Below are positions 44,757-59,034 of a stretch of 64,000 nucleotides of DNA, one piece after another. Each line of letters starts with the position of its first letter. Position 1 is the stretch's first letter. The notes beneath the pieces were generated by a model. The model saw only the letters and a program-made list of their open reading frames with translations. It was not told where the DNA came from and did no database searches. The translations under genes and the position numbers were made by a program. The DNA is from Octopus sinensis (Eukaryota). The stretch lies in contig NW_021824831.1 in NCBI RefSeq assembly GCF_006345805.1, positions 1 to 64,000 on the forward strand, in the 5' to 3' direction.

Positions 44757-45349
44757 TCTATGATTTAAACTATACGATTAATTAACTGATTTTTTTAAGA
44801 AACTTTAATATCATTCACTTCGCTGATTATGTAAATGGGACATGGAATATTCATTAGTCGTCCTATTTTTTAATAGTTTATTTAAAATTATTAAAAATAT
44901 CAGAAATTTTAATATAAAGTTCTTAGAGAAATTTACTTGTTCTCTTCTAAAATCTGTTGCCTTCGCTGCAGTAGAAGTATTCTTCCATTATTTGTTAAAC
45001 TGCGTGTTCGCGTTCAAGTCAAATAATTTCCATGTTAATAGAGTAGCGGATTGGGGTGGATTTATATCTCGAATATAAATTTTCCTTTGAAATTTCTTTT
45101 TGCTAGTAGATTCCAGTCAATGTGTGGAGTTGTTGATACTTTATTTCCAATGTTAAATTCACAAAAATTTCTTCTAATTTGTCGGCCACTTCTCTTCCAC
45201 TTTTGTTCAGAATGTTCCTAGTGAATGCATATTTCGACTACAGAAATTAATCAAGAAAAATGATCATTTTGATTCTTAAATCTACAATAATAACCAATAA
45301 ACTTTAAAACTTTTAAGATTAATTAAATCGAATTGAAACCTTTCATCAG

Positions 45350-45745
45350 GTAAATCAGCGACAATATGGCTCGAATCGTCATACTGCACAGCAAACTTGC
45401 ATATATTGCACTCAGTTACGACTTGACGAATGATGTTTCGCTTGATTACAAAAAATCTCCTTCTGCAAAGTGCATCCAGAGCATTATGCCCACAATGATT
45501 TGTTTCGTGAATTTCTTAAGCAATGATTTTCATTTCTTCTGTGCTTGTTAAAGCTATGAAAAGCTTGTGAAGTCGATTATTATTTCGCAGATATGGCTTT
45601 CCGTGAATAAGAATGAAATTTTCAGCTTTCTTTCTTACCCGGAAATTTTTAACTTTTGAAATATTTACGTCTTGACCTTCAAGAACGGATTTTAGTGGAT
45701 TGTACTCTGTATCAGTTTTAATAAACATCCTCATTTGGGCCATTA
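45350..45745 (-). mobile_element. Integrase zinc-binding (HHCC) remnant, Ty3/gypsy- or Ginger-like
   Basis: Continuing ORF 45516-45743 past a stop: EIHETNHCGHNAL...IIRQVVTECNICK. Confidence 0.55.
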
Positions 45746-46638
45746 GGCTAACGTAATTGTTTTAACGTGAATTATTATTTTATAGGAGGCTGAACGATTA
45801 AATGAAATAAATCTGCTCGTATGGGGGAAAATCAGATAATTGTTAGATGTCTATTGTCAGGGTGGACGGTTTTGGATGAGTAAAACCTCTTGAAATGCAA
45901 TTCATCAGTTTCTGAAAGGAGATGAATTTATTTTTCTTTAGAAAATTTCCTGGCAGAACATTAGTAAATTTTATAGATTGCTACTGTATGTGGAACAGAT
46001 TATTATACAAAAACAATAAAGTCTCTTTAAATCGGAATACTAATTTTTGAAATGAAGGGAAAAGGCCAAATCACTCTTTTGGACAATCAGGTCGTAGATA
46101 TCCAAAACACGGTTTTTCAAAGAGTCATGAGAACATTTGTGTAATTCTAGCTCTAGTTTGTAGAATTTCAGAAATCGGTGAAACACTTAGTAGCGAGAAA
46201 TATTAATTATGTTACTTAACGATATTTTCAAATACTTAAAATGAATGAACGTTTACAAATTTGAAAATACGACAAAAAAGGGGTTTCTCTGGCATTCATT
46301 GCTCAATGACATCATGAAAAGAGTAATATATGATACGTGATTTTTTCCCCTTCTTGTTAACCGCGGAAACGAAATTTTCCCGTATCTTTTCATCCTTTTG
46401 GAAAAAGCCCCCTGTTTGTGACATAATTTTCTGAAATTCTCCGCCGAACTTCTGACTTAATAACATGCCAGAAAAGCAGGTTAATTTAAAATTAAATTAG
46501 TTTTTGGATTGGTTGTAAGTGGACCATTTACGTGAAACACGTGACGCCTTCTTGTCTAAGATTGCCAAATGTAGATATCACAACAAATAGCAGAATTGTC
46601 TTAAGGACAAATTATTCTGTTAATTATTATATTTAATC

Positions 46639-49396
46639 ATGAAAGATAATAATATATCATTTATTCCTAGAAATAATAGAGTAGTATCCAACAACATTCA
46701 AGTTGATTATGAAAAACATGATATACCAGCCAATAGCCCGACACATTAACTGTTTGGGTGAGGAAAACAAAATGATTAGAAAAAAAGCACTACTGGGTAT
46801 TCAACATGAAGCAATCGATAAGGCAATGAACAGAGAGGAATTTGAGAAACTCTTTTTTAGCGACATAATCACTCCCCTACTAAGAATAGTATCCGACCCG
46901 GTAGAATCCTGCAGAGAACTGGCTCTTTCTCTTCTCTCCAGCTACCTCCCTCTCATCTCTGCTCAGAAAACAGCTCTGCAATACATAGTCCCAGTTTTCC
47001 ACCAAAGATACACGCAACAACCACTTATTGAAGACTCCGAAGAAGTTAGACTACAAGCAGCACAACTCGTTCTTTCATTCATTGTACCAGAAATGACATT
47101 TTTTGAAGATGTTGGGAAAATTACGCTCGCATTCCTTACTGATCCCTTTCCGGCCATCAGACACGTGGCTTGTTCTTGTGTAGTGCGTCTTGCCGAGATA
47201 GGTCACATTTATAGCCAGACTGAGGCTATCCTCAAATCTCTCTTGGTCTCCGTCGTTCATCAGCACTCCAAATTACGTAAGACGATTGTGGAGACAATTG
47301 GTTTTGTTTTGTGTTATGTTCAAAGGCGTGCTGCTTTTGAGAGGAAATGGAAAATTATTGACTGAGGCATTGCCGCATTTGGCCCAACGATTCTTTGATC
47401 CCAACCACACAGTCCGGGAGGCTGCAACACGTGTCGTTGGAATGTGGCTTATCGAATTGCCTGACAGATACTCCTACTTCCATAATCTAATTCCTCTTCT
47501 TCTTACCTCCCTCAGTGATAGACAGCCCTCAATTGTTAATGTGGGGATGTCACTGTGGAATGATGCGGGAATTAAATTTATGAAAGAAAATGAAGAGGAT
47601 TTGAAGGATAAAATGGATTTTATGGAATATTCCTACAGCAGTGAGCCCCTTAGGATAGGAGATACTACTTGTTTTATCTTTTGTTTCTAATCCTAGACGA
47701 AATATGTAATTTGGGTTGTTGTGAGCTTGTGAAAAGGAATATTGGGCGTATTCTGCTTGCTCTTATGGCTGATCTTTCAGACTGGCTTGTCTCCACTCGC
47801 TCTAAAGCAGCTGACCTTCTCCCCTACCTCCTGATCAATGCTGGTGAATACATGACTCAACATACCGAGCTGATTATTCAAATTATCATTAAAATATCAG
47901 CTGACAGTGAACAGACACTCTCCTATAAAGTATTTCTCTCGATTCTAGTTAACAGAAAGCAGCCAATATAGCTGGCTTTTTTATATCTCCTGATTTGTCA
48001 GTCGATATATGTTTGGGTCATCTTTCAAAAAATTTATCGTCTCCTATTCTGACGCAGAGCACTCTTTTTGTACTAAGTGCCTTGATTAAAGGAATTCCAC
48101 AAGACGTATTTGAAAAATTCTTACATAAGTTAGCGCCGAATATATTAAATTCCTTTAATGATGTCTGCCACTCTGAAATTGTATTGGAATTTTATTACTC
48201 CTAGGCTCTAACTCAAAGGGCGTTGTTTGAGTGTTATGTATCATTGTGGAATATTTTAGGGGATGATTTTTATAAATATACTTTTGAAGTTCTTAAAGGA
48301 AGTTTGTACATATATTCCATTACCGAGGATCGAGAACTGGGATTAGAGATTAAACTATTTTGGGAGAAAATGGCAGAGGCGGAAGGTCTGGGTTCAGTTA
48401 AAGATCTTGTTAACAAATTCTCTATACAATTATTTGGCTCGTTGGGTTCAAATGCTCAGTGGACGGTTTTTTCTCCTGAAGGAAAATTCTTTGACTGTCT
48501 TGTTTCTGAATCGAGTCTCTATTATATTAAATTTTATTTTTAGTCACAGTCTCGTCTTGGAGTCTTGCGAGGCCTTATTTTGAACAAAATTTAAGCACTG
48601 AATGTGACCCAAACCTTCGATTACGAATATTATCTTTATTTTCAAGATTTGTTTTGAAAGTAATTCAATTGGAAGAAATCGATACGATAATTAATTCGGA
48701 GGAGTAAGTGATTGCGGTCATCCGTAGAATTGAGTGGGTTATTGGTCGACTGATTGCTCCCAATATAGTATGGAAGGCTGGTCGTTCTGCATCAGCAGTG
48801 AGAATTGCTGCTTTGGCCTGTCTTTGGACTGTGATGAGTCAACAAATCATACAACGAAATATTTCTGCAGAATTCTCCCCTAACATTTACTTTGGTCTTT
48901 TAAATTCATTGACGTCTTGCTTGGAGGACAGTAACTCGATGAGTCGTCTTTTCTCTGTCAGAATATGTAGCAGTTTGATGTTGATATTTTCAAAAATTCC
49001 GACAAACAACTGTGATTTTGACATCGAGGAAAAGTTGTTTGCCTTCAGTGAAAATTTGCTTAAACGAATGGACGACAGTGACGACAATATTCGACTTGAA
49101 GTTTTGGAAGCTTTTTATTCGTATTTCGATTGCATTCGTCATTTTGGTCTGGCAAACAAGCGTGAGAGTTATTTTGAGTTTATATTTCGATGCTTGCTTA
49201 TTCACATGGACGATGTTGCAGTTCAGGAGTCTGTTTGTGGTTATTTTATTATTAGTAAATGTTAGGGCTCTTGATGAGTTTGATTGATGTGAACGGGCAT
49301 TTGTTGAGAGCGGAACTTGTCAAAGTTTGTGGAAGGCATCGAGTGACTCATTACTGTGATATGCTACTTAAAAGATTGGATGAAGACTGTGCCTAA
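46639..49396 (+). CDS. DNAAF5: Dynein axonemal assembly factor 5-like (HEATR2) HEAT-repeat protein
   Basis: IARHINCLGEENKMIRKKAL, DPVESCRELAL, EDSEEVRL, LPHLAQRFFDP, WLIELPDRYSYFHNLIPLLLTSLSD, APNIVWKAGRSASAVR, CLLIHMDD and C-terminal RHRVTHYCDMLL. Multiple ~22-28 nt GT-AG introns; the start may be 46639 or 46709. Confidence 0.85.
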
Positions 49397-50199
49397 CTGT
49401 TTGGCTAATAAAATTACGTTATTTCTTAAGTTATCAAATGTAATACATTATTTTAATGCAGATAAAGATAGGCTTAGATATATAAAAGTTGAAAAGTCCA
49501 TTAATTTCCCAATGATTTTCAATTTCACAGTGAAGCTTTATGTTGTAATCTATGCTATATTTTGTAGCATTCTTTAAAAAATCACAAATATATTTAAAAT
49601 ATTAACGAGACTAAAAAAGGGCTTAAACGTTTTTTCCTTACTCTTAGTACGAATGATTTTTTACTAAATCTAACTTGAGCTCTTTTTGGGGGAATATTTC
49701 ATTATATACACTACGATATCCTCCCTTAATAATTTTTTATACTATTGGATTCGGGTTACCTTCAGAATTAAAATGTCGAAACAATTTCAAAATTTTTGCC
49801 GAAAGACAAGCTAATGAAATAATCAAATTGTTAATTCATAAAAAGTAAATAAGACTGATATTGGTAAAGAAAAATTTTTTAATATTCTTATTGAAAAATT
49901 AACGAAAAGGAAATAACGGACAACGAAGTAAAGGATTGTATTGTATCAAGGATGTTACTCTGGCCTCTTCTGTACCCTAATCATGGAGATGCGTTGGTAG
50001 TTGTTTAGACATTTTCTAAGAATGGAACAGGAAACGCCTGAAAATATCTTCATGGAATAATTCTTTGAAATACTTAGAGAAAAGTTTCGAAGTCGTTTAC
50101 TTACTATGTTTCCGGAAGTTCTACTCAATGGCCTAAAGCTAACAATAAGAACACTAAATGAGAATAAAGGCTGTGTATATACAATCAAATCGACTATAT

Positions 50200-51630
50200 T
50201 ACCTGCTCAATCTCATTAAAGAGATTGTTGTCCGACTCTAGAAGTTGTGGAGGAACGTTAAATGACAGTGACCACAAACTTACAGTTTCTAGATTAAAGC
50301 TTAAACGATAACCAAATTTATAACATGGGAAGTAACCAATGCATTCATGCACCTTAAAGGCAATCGATCAGCGGGCTATGATGGTATACCGGGTGAGTTA
50401 CTAAAACACGCCCCGACTATCGTTTGAAATATAATCAGGAACATATTAAACGAGTCAGTTGAGTTTTATTGTTCCCTTCCATTAGTCTTAATCCCAATAC
50501 ACCAATCTAGAAAAAAGCTAGATGGACTAAGGCCAATTATTTTACTGTCAACCATCAGGAAAACTTTATCGATTATAGTGCTTAACCGGATACAAGAGCC
50601 TATTTAAAAATATTTTTCTCAAAGTCAACGTGGGTTTCGAAGTGAAAGATCTACCTCAGATATCGTGTGGAGCCATAGATGTCTTACATCAATATGCCAA
50701 AAATACTCAAAAGTCATATAATTTCAGAATTTGATTGTACGAAGACCTTCGACAGCATTAATTGAGAAAAACTCATGAATGTTCTAAAGGAACTTGAAAA
50801 AGATTGTCTAAAACGAATAAGTCTATTACTTTCTAAAACGGATCTATCTGTGAAAAATGGAACTAAGCAGTCAGTGAGTACTTTGCCTTTACTGACCAGG
50901 AAATAGTTGACAAAGTTTAACTCAAGGCCGAAAATATATTGAATAAATTGAATTTACGTATAAACATTAAGAAGACTGATTTTACACGAATCAAACAAAC
51001 AAAATCAAGAAATTACAAGCATTGGAAACATACAAAAAAACTTGGCTCACTACTTTGGGATGCCGAAGAAAGATGTTTGCCACAACATCCTTTAAAAAAT
51101 TGCACATCTGTTTAAGAAAAAAGCATTTTCCGATGAAAATTTGAATCTGATTATATAATACTTTTGTGAAACCAATATTGCTCTGTAATTTTCTTCAAAA
51201 AAGATTTAGAGAAGCTAGATGCATTTCATAAAAACCAACTCCGTAAACTGATCAGAATCTTCTGGCCAAGAAAAATTTAAAATGAAAAATTATACAATAT
51301 ATGTAAATCTATACAAATCATTATGGACGTTATTTTATCGAGATGGCAACTATTTGGACATATCCTTCTAAATCATGTAACAAAATAATGGATGAATATG
51401 TCCACTCCGGAAGTCATGAGTATCGAGGGCGACCAAGGAATACGCTTGCAACATGCTTAAAAAAAACTACGCAACAATCGGCGGTAAACTGGTCGCGGCG
51501 GACGATCTGTACGACGTTCGAATGAAGACCAGAAACAAAAGAGCGTGGGCAAAGATGGCGGGGAGCATGGCTCTAAGCATTCCTCAAGCGAAACCCTTCT
51601 AGGGCGACGCGAAAGAGCTAACTAACTAAC
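50200..51630 (+). mobile_element. RTE-like non-LTR RT remnant
   Basis: LKGNRSAGYDGIPGELLKH, RPIILL, QRGFRS, LDAFHKNQLR, RWQLFGHIL; many stops; (CTAA)n tail at ~51616. Confidence 0.75.
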
Positions 51631-53339
51631 TAAAATTGTTTGCTAAATTAAAGAACGTTAGAGAGTGGAGAATCGAGTGATGTAAGCTCCACTTGCTTAT
51701 CTCGTTTGACCTCCTTGACAAAATCACTCAAATTATCTAATTTCTGTCATAATTATGACAAACTCGAATTGCAGGTTATTTTCAGTCCGATGTTAAAAAC
51801 TTCATATAGAAACAAAGAAATCTGTCGCATATATCTACATTTCTGTTCCTCGATGTGCTTGAAATGGCCGCCATCCTTGAAAAATATTTTTAAAGAAAAT
51901 TAATTTTAGCATCTCCCGGAACGGTCAGACTGGTTTCATCATGACACGTATTTTTATTCAATCCACCTGCTTACATATAATCCAAACACGATTCCCATAC
52001 AGACAATTCGGTTGCGGGTCATTAATACTTGGAAAAAGGCAACACGAAAGAGTCGATATTGAATGGCAAATCCTTATTCCTGTGGATGAAATAATCCCAG
52101 ATCTTTTAAGATAATCATTATAACTGGAACTGGGGATCGCGAAGAGTGGTGGAGATACTCACATCTGGCAAGGAAAGCGATATGGGATAATATTATTAGC
52201 CACCACTTCGGAGATGTAGGCCATCTCAACCATCTCATTTACGTAATCAAAGATCTATCTTACTCGTCAGAAGCGGGAATAGTCATTGAATCTGGAATAG
52301 CAGAAATTTCCACCACAATTATTTTTTGCTAGAATAATTGAGCGGTTCATGCGTGTTGGTCGTAGTCGATGAGCATGGTCCGTCTCTAAAACATGTGAAT
52401 TGGGGAATGAACGCCCAATCTGTAGGACATGAACTCAAAAAAGAGAAAAGACGAATAGGTCCCTCTTTCGTAATGAACCTTTGGGTGAGACGGAGCTCAT
52501 AAAGCAGTAACCAACTGTCCGTCGTGTACAAGGTAAATCTTATGATTTTTTATAAAGACTTGTGAAAGGAGAGTAAACTGCCATATTCACAGAATTTTCT
52601 GGCAGCATTGTACACTAACTGTACACACATTTCCGCACAATGTATGATTATTCTGTCGAGTAATAGTCAATAGATTTTGGAATCCACCCCAACCAGCGAA
52701 CTCGTCCCAGAAAGACTGTTCGAAATTCTGGCAGATATCGATTAGTGTGCTTTATTCAAAGCAATAACAAATTAAATAAATTTGCAAAATCATACCTTGA
52801 TTGCAAATATGAGTTGTTTAAATTGACTAGATATCTAGTTAATATTCATTTAACTTTACATTAGAGCAGTAGTTCTCATCTTTTTGTTTCGCATACCCCT
52901 TGGTGTCTAAAAACATTTTCTCGTATCAAGTATCGATTTTTAAAAAATTAAAACAAATTATTCAGTGAATATTAATAAATGACTAATCTTTCTATTTTGG
53001 GATCTGTTAGTGAAAGATGGACTGATCTCACACGATGGACTGATTTTGAATTGAACAAGTCTTTGTTTACAGAGATATGTTGTCGGAAAAAAACCAAAAA
53101 ATCGATTAAGCTATTCTTGGATACTTGAAGGTAAATCATAAACTTTTACGGAAAAAGTACACCCGTAAGATCTACTTCATTTATTTCTTAACATTACTTC
53201 CTAAAAACCTTTTTTCCAGAATGTCAACAATTCTAACTCCCTTCCTTTGTACCAAGAAATTCAAAACAGTAATTCGCGAGAAAATGCACGTTAAATAAGA
53301 TAGGGTTACGCCCCAATACTTATTTAATAATATTTTCGA

Positions 53340-53960
53340 TAGAGATTCACTCCGTTTGGGTATCTGCAATCGCCTTGGGCTCCCTGTCTGCAGACCTTAC
53401 CCCTGCCGTTGTGGGGCTAAAGTTAACGCCTTTGGGCTACAACCTCTGTCTTGTCGAATGAGTGCCGGCCGATTTCCTCGGCACACTGAAATTAACAATT
53501 TAATTCACAAAGCTCTGGAAAGAGCTGGTTTCCCTTCAGGTCTGGAACCGACGGGTCTTGATCTTAAAGATGCAAAACGTCCCGACGGCTGTACGGTTTT
53601 CGCTTTTGAATCCGAAAAGCAGCTTGTTTGGGACGTCACCTGTGCCGACTCTTTCGCCAAGGGAGCCTTGAATTTCACTGCTTGTCGACCTGGTTCGTCG
53701 GCCGAGAAGGCCGAATCCACGAAAATGACGAAATATGAGGATTTGGGCGATCGATTTTGCTTTTGGGCAATTGCCGTTGAGACTTCTTGTGTTTTGGGGG
53801 GCAAGACGCTTGCTCATCTAAAGAAACTTGGCCGTCTGTGCACCCATCGCTCCAGAGATCCCAGGGAATTTATATTCCCTATTCAGAGGATCTCGCTGGC
53901 TGTTTTACGCGGGATTTGTCTCTCAATCCTGCGAGCTGGTACTTAATAGCTAGCTTATTC
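53340..53960 (+). mobile_element. CRE-like non-LTR retroelement C-terminus (zinc knuckle + REL endonuclease)
   Basis: RLGLPVCRPYPCRCG...LSC...GRFPRHTEIN...RPDG...WDVTC...KY...AVETS...QRISLAV; 5'-truncated. Confidence 0.82.
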
Positions 53961-54179
53961 GGTTTTCCACTTTTTGTAAAATTAATTAGGTTCATATTGA
54001 TAAATATAAATGTTTATTTTCACAAAAAATATGCCTGAGTTACGCGCATCTCTCAAACTCCGTAAAAGTACGTCTGTAAAACTTTCATCCTGGCTATCTT
54101 ACTGTACAACTCAGAAACGTGAGGACTGAATCAGAAATGTGTTGAAAATCTCAGTGCTTTTTACAGGCAATAATTCAGA

Positions 54180-54920
54180 TCACTACTGAGAATACATTAT
54201 CTGACAAAGATGAAAAAGCGAGACTTATACTCCGTTTCCAAACCAGAGCACCTAGAGACAACTATTACTAAAACCCAATGAGTATTCTTTAACCACTTCG
54301 GCCCGATGAGGACTCTTTGTATGGATCCCTCTGTTCCAGCTAATGACATCACGGAAAGATACTTTGATGTCCTGAGCCTTTTCAAGCCAGGACACGCACT
54401 ACACTACCACTGCTCATAAACAATGACCCAAAGAATGCAGGATTGCTATTAGAAGATGCAGACGACTTAAACAGACTTCGAAAAAGACAAAATAAAGTCG
54501 TTCACTGCTTGCATTTAAATTTGTCCTGAAAATTTGGAATTAGGAAAACAATGAAGGTCAAACCCATTCAGTCCAATATGTTGTGGAATTCGTTAAAATA
54601 AGAGTCTATATAGCAATCCGAACTGATACTGCTGTGAAAGAATAACAGACCAGATATCTTTGTTTATGAAAAAACTAGAAATTGATTACCATCATCGAGA
54701 TTGGAATAAGATCGTAGAGTCGTCTGAAACATGTGAAGTGGAGAAAATACACAAATAAGGCCTGCTAGAGAGAACTGGAAATTATTCATAAAGCAAATCT
54801 AAGATTATTCCTGCAGTACTTATATAAGACCGTATTGTCTCTACTATAAGGGCCATCTTTATTCTCTTGACATAGCAAAAGAAACGATGCATTATATACA
54901 ATCTCCCGCCAGCTAGCGGT
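54180..54920 (+). mobile_element. Highly degenerate R4/Dong-like C-terminal remnant
   Basis: IRTDTAVKNNRPDIFVYEK at ~54615-54670 parallels IRTSIVVQHNRPDIVVHDK of the 23181 ORF. Confidence 0.55.
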
Positions 54921-55114
54921 TGAAGCATATAAGCCTGTAGAAAACAGCAATTCACACAGATTTAATGGAATCTTTGCTGACGTATTTCTTAAATAAGGAA
55001 TTAATTCTATAAAAAATTAAAAAAAATAAGTCAACTGAGAAAGTAATTGTCTAACTTGATAGGTTCTCTTTCACCTTCCATCTTTTTTGAGGATCTCTCG
55101 CTACATATTAATTA

Positions 55115-58100
55115 CTAGCTCAGCAGTTCGCTTCGCTCACTGCGAGCTAGCTCCTGCGGAGGCCCTGCTCGCTACGCTCGCAGTTTCCTTAAATAACTAT
55201 AAATTTATGTAGATATATAAATGCGACCTGCTTTGATATAACCTTATTCTAAGGCCTGTGGATAAACGATGTTTGCAGTCCGTCCATCCTTGGCAAATAT
55301 AAATAAATTTCTCTTCTACCTACCCTTGAGCACCCCACATACAGCTGGCCATGTGAAAAGCACTCGTTCTCTAAAAATAAGCCTACTACCTTTAAAGACT
55401 GTCCCTGGGCCTTGTTTATTGTCATAGCAAAACTTATCTTCAGCGGAAATTGTAGTCTCTTAAATCTATCGCAGGCCCTTTCATGGTCCATAATAACGTC
55501 GACCGATTATATATCTTTCTCTGCCAGGGATTTTCATTAATAAATCTAAATTTATATTAAGTACCTCATCATTAAGTGGAGCTAATATAGCTCGTTCACG
55601 CAGCCAGTCGAAATTCACGTAGTGTTCAGATAGTTTGGAATAGACGGCATTCAATAATTCTTCTGCTGTTTCTACGAAAATACATAATTCTTCCGGTAGC
55701 CTAATTTTCTGGTCGTGCATTTCTGAAGTGATTGCCCCATTTCCAATATCTAGAGGGATTTGTGGGAATATGCTATTAACGCCTTGTAAATGTGCATGTA
55801 CATTTACATCTAAGCTTACCTTTTTCACGTGTGTCCACAAATATGACGATTTGAGGCAGGCATTCAATTCATCCGCAGGCGTCCCTCTTTGAATAATTGG
55901 CAGCGTCTGTCTAAAATCACCTGCCAATACAACTAATGCTCCCCCAAACAAATGGTCGCTACAATTCTTGATATCTCTATATGTTCGGTCAACTGCTTGA
56001 ATGCGCCTTTATGAGCCATCGTACATTCATCCCAAACAATTAACCTAGAATGCATAATTCTATTACCCGTAGTTGAGTCTAACAGCAGTCCTGACCTTGT
56101 TCAGCTGTTGTCTAAGTTCCCTCACCATTTAAGCACATCTTCCCTCGTTTCTCTTTTTTTGTTATATGGTTCATATTCTCTTGTTTGTTAACATTCTCAG
56201 ATCTCTCTTATAGGACATGCTTATGATTTTGTAAACGCGAATCAGTAATTTATATTAAATTTTCTACGTAAATTTATTTAGTGAAATTTATGTAAAGTGT
56301 ATTATCCAATCAAAGCCATTATACTTAATTGCCTCTATGTTTAAAGGAATTGAAACTTTAGCATAATCGAACTTGTCTGTTTCGGTAAAGAAAATGATAA
56401 TCAGCTTCATCTTTGTAGTATTATAAGGAAAAAAATTAAAGCCTGTTAAATCAAGGAGATTTAAATATAGGCAAATTGAAATTTACATGACTAATTTAAA
56501 TTTTATTTGCCTCTATCTTTTAAGAAATCTAAACAGTAGCATAATCGAATTTGTCAGTTTCGGCAGTTAAAAAGAATCAATTATGTAAATCTCTAATAAT
56601 TTTTGCTTTTTCCTTTTAGTGGTTTTCAAAATCTGATAATTGCACAGTCTATTCATGGTCGATAACAATTAGAGCTTTTATTTTATTTTTTTAACGAAAA
56701 TTTAACAAAAAAGAATTTATGTCATCGAAAAAAGATAGCTAAGCTAATTAATGGCCTCACGAGGCTTGAAGGTTGTGGAGGACCTCATCATGTGAGTCGA
56801 GGACTTTCTTGTCGTTCATTTTAACAAAAACGCAGAAAATATTTTTTTTTAATTTTTGGGCTTGAAGGTTTTGGGGGACCACATCATGTGAGTCGAGGAC
56901 TTTCTTGTTGTTCATTTAACAAAAACGCAGAAAATAATTTTTTTTAAATTTTTTGGCTTGAAGGTTTTGAGGGACCACATCATGTGAGTCGAGGACTTTC
57001 TTGTTGTTCATTTTAACAAAAACGCAGAAAATAATTTTTTTAATTTTTTGGCTTGAAGGTTTTGAGGGACCACATCATGTGAGTCGAGGACTTTCTTGTC
57101 GTTCATTTTAACAAAAACGCAGAAAATATTTTTTTTTAATTTTTGGGCTTGAAGGTTTTGGGGGACCACATCATGTGAGTCGAGGACTTTCTTGTTGTTC
57201 ATTTAACAAAAACGCAGAAAATAATTTTTTTTAATTTTTTGGCTTGAAGGTTTTGAGGGACCACATCATGTGAGTCGAGGACTTTCTTGTTGTTCATTTT
57301 AACAAAAACGCAGAAAATAATTTTTTTTTAATTTTTTGGCTTGAAGGTTTTGAGGGACCACATCATGTGAGTCGAGGACTTTCTTGTTGTTCATTTTAAC
57401 AAAAACGCAGAAAATAATTTTTTTTAATTTTTTGGCTTGAAGGTTTTGGGGGACCACATCATGTGAGTCGAGGACTTTCTTGTTGTTCATTTTAACAAAA
57501 ACGCAGAAAATAATTTTTTTTAATTTTTTGGCTTGAAGGTTTTGGGGGACCACATCATGTGAGTCGAGGACTTTCTTGTTGTTCATTTTAACAAAAACGC
57601 AGAAAATAATTTTTTTTAATTTTTTGGCTTGAAGGTTTTGGGGGACCACATCATGTGAGTCGAGGACTTTCTTGTTGTTCATTTTAACAAAAACGCAGAA
57701 AATAATTTTTTTTAATTTTTTGGCTTGAAGGTTTTGGGGGACCACATCATGTGAGTCGAGGACTTTCTTGTTGTTCATTTTAACAAAAACGCAGAAAATA
57801 ATTTTTTTTAATTTTTTGGCTTGAAGGTTTTGGGGGACCACATCATGTGAGTCGAGGACTTTCTTGTTGTTATTTTAACAAAAACGCAGAAAATAATTTT
57901 TTTAATTTTTTGGCTTGAAAGTTTTGGGGGACCACATCATGTGAGTCGAGGACTTTCTTGTTGTTCATTTAACAAAAACGCAGAAAATAATTTTTTTAAT
58001 TTTTTACCTTGAAGGTTTTGGGGGACCACATCATGTGAGTCGAGGACTTTCTTGTTGTTCATTTAACAAAAACGCAGAAAATAATTTTTTTATTGATCTG

Positions 58101-58202
58101 GTTGTAACAATTTGATTAATGTGGGTGTGCACAGACAGACAGACAGACAGAAGACACACAGACAGACAGACAGACACACACCATACCATTTTATTATTAA
58201 GA
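55115..58202 (-). mobile_element. Non-autonomous Helitron, copy 2 (inverted relative to copy 1)
   Basis: On the reverse strand it begins A|TC at 58202 and ends CTAG|T at 55115. It has the same hairpin, the same deleted helicase (55249-55951) and the same spacer, a shorter satellite, and lacks the segment between the 5' end and the array. Confidence 0.9.
56752..58093 (-). repeat. Tandem 96-bp satellite, roughly 14 copies
   Basis: Reverse complement of the unit at 28640-31915. Confidence 0.96.
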
Positions 58203-58548
58203 TATTCTACATAGGCTGAGGATCTCTTGCTACATATTATATTAATTATACAATAAGTTTTTTTGATACATAGGCTAACTTATTATCCACAGCTGAAAGC
58301 CCTGCCGATGTTAGTAATTATGATATCAAATGTTGCTTTTACCACAACATTCGCGCATTTCCATTGCCAAAATTTAGCTTCCAAAACAGACTTTATGTGG
58401 TTTTGGTTTTAGCTTCCAGAACTCTGAGACTAAATAAAGTTGAGAACACTATTATCCGATATGCACTCAAAACTATTTTAATTTCTCAAAGCAATACAGA
58501 TTATATTAAAAATAACAAGACATAATAAATAAGTTAAAACTAGTTAAT

Positions 58549-58894
58549 CTAAGGATAGCAGACACCACAGTGGGTACATCTGTTCTCTTGCATCAGAAGG
58601 CAACAGCAAAGACCGATTGGAAAAAATATTATCCCAATGAGTATCCCCAAGAGGCTATAACTTCTAATTACAGATCCGATCTAAAATGATTACTGAATGA
58701 ACGCATACTCCACAGTTACTACACAGGGCATGGGCCGGGCGGACATACACAACTTGTTTGGGAGTGGAAATGTGCATTCCAGAATGTTGTGGCGCTGAAG
58801 GGTAAGGAGTGAATGTTGTTGTTGGCGCTGAAGGGTAGGGAGTGGATGTTGTTGCTGGAGGCACTGAATAAGGTGGGGGAGCATCATAAGCCAT
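58549..58894 (-). CDS. BRI3: Brain protein I3 (BRI3)-like small membrane protein
   Basis: MAYDAPPPYS (PPxY) with a Pro-rich duplicated TPYPSAP; after a 28-nt intron (58681-58708): CSNCGIGSVIRSYSLLGILIGIIFFPIGLCCCLLMQENRCTHCG, the BRI3 CxxC-TM-CxxC layout. Confidence 0.8.
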
Positions 58895-59034
58895 AACCAC
58901 ACAAAACAATAAATAATTTTATTTTTTATTTGAATAAAAAAATAAGATTGTTGTAAATTATTTTTTTTGCATTGACGAGCGTATTTTTGCATTGCTTTCA
59001 GAAGTCGAAGATGACGTCTAGGTTAGCTAGTTAA

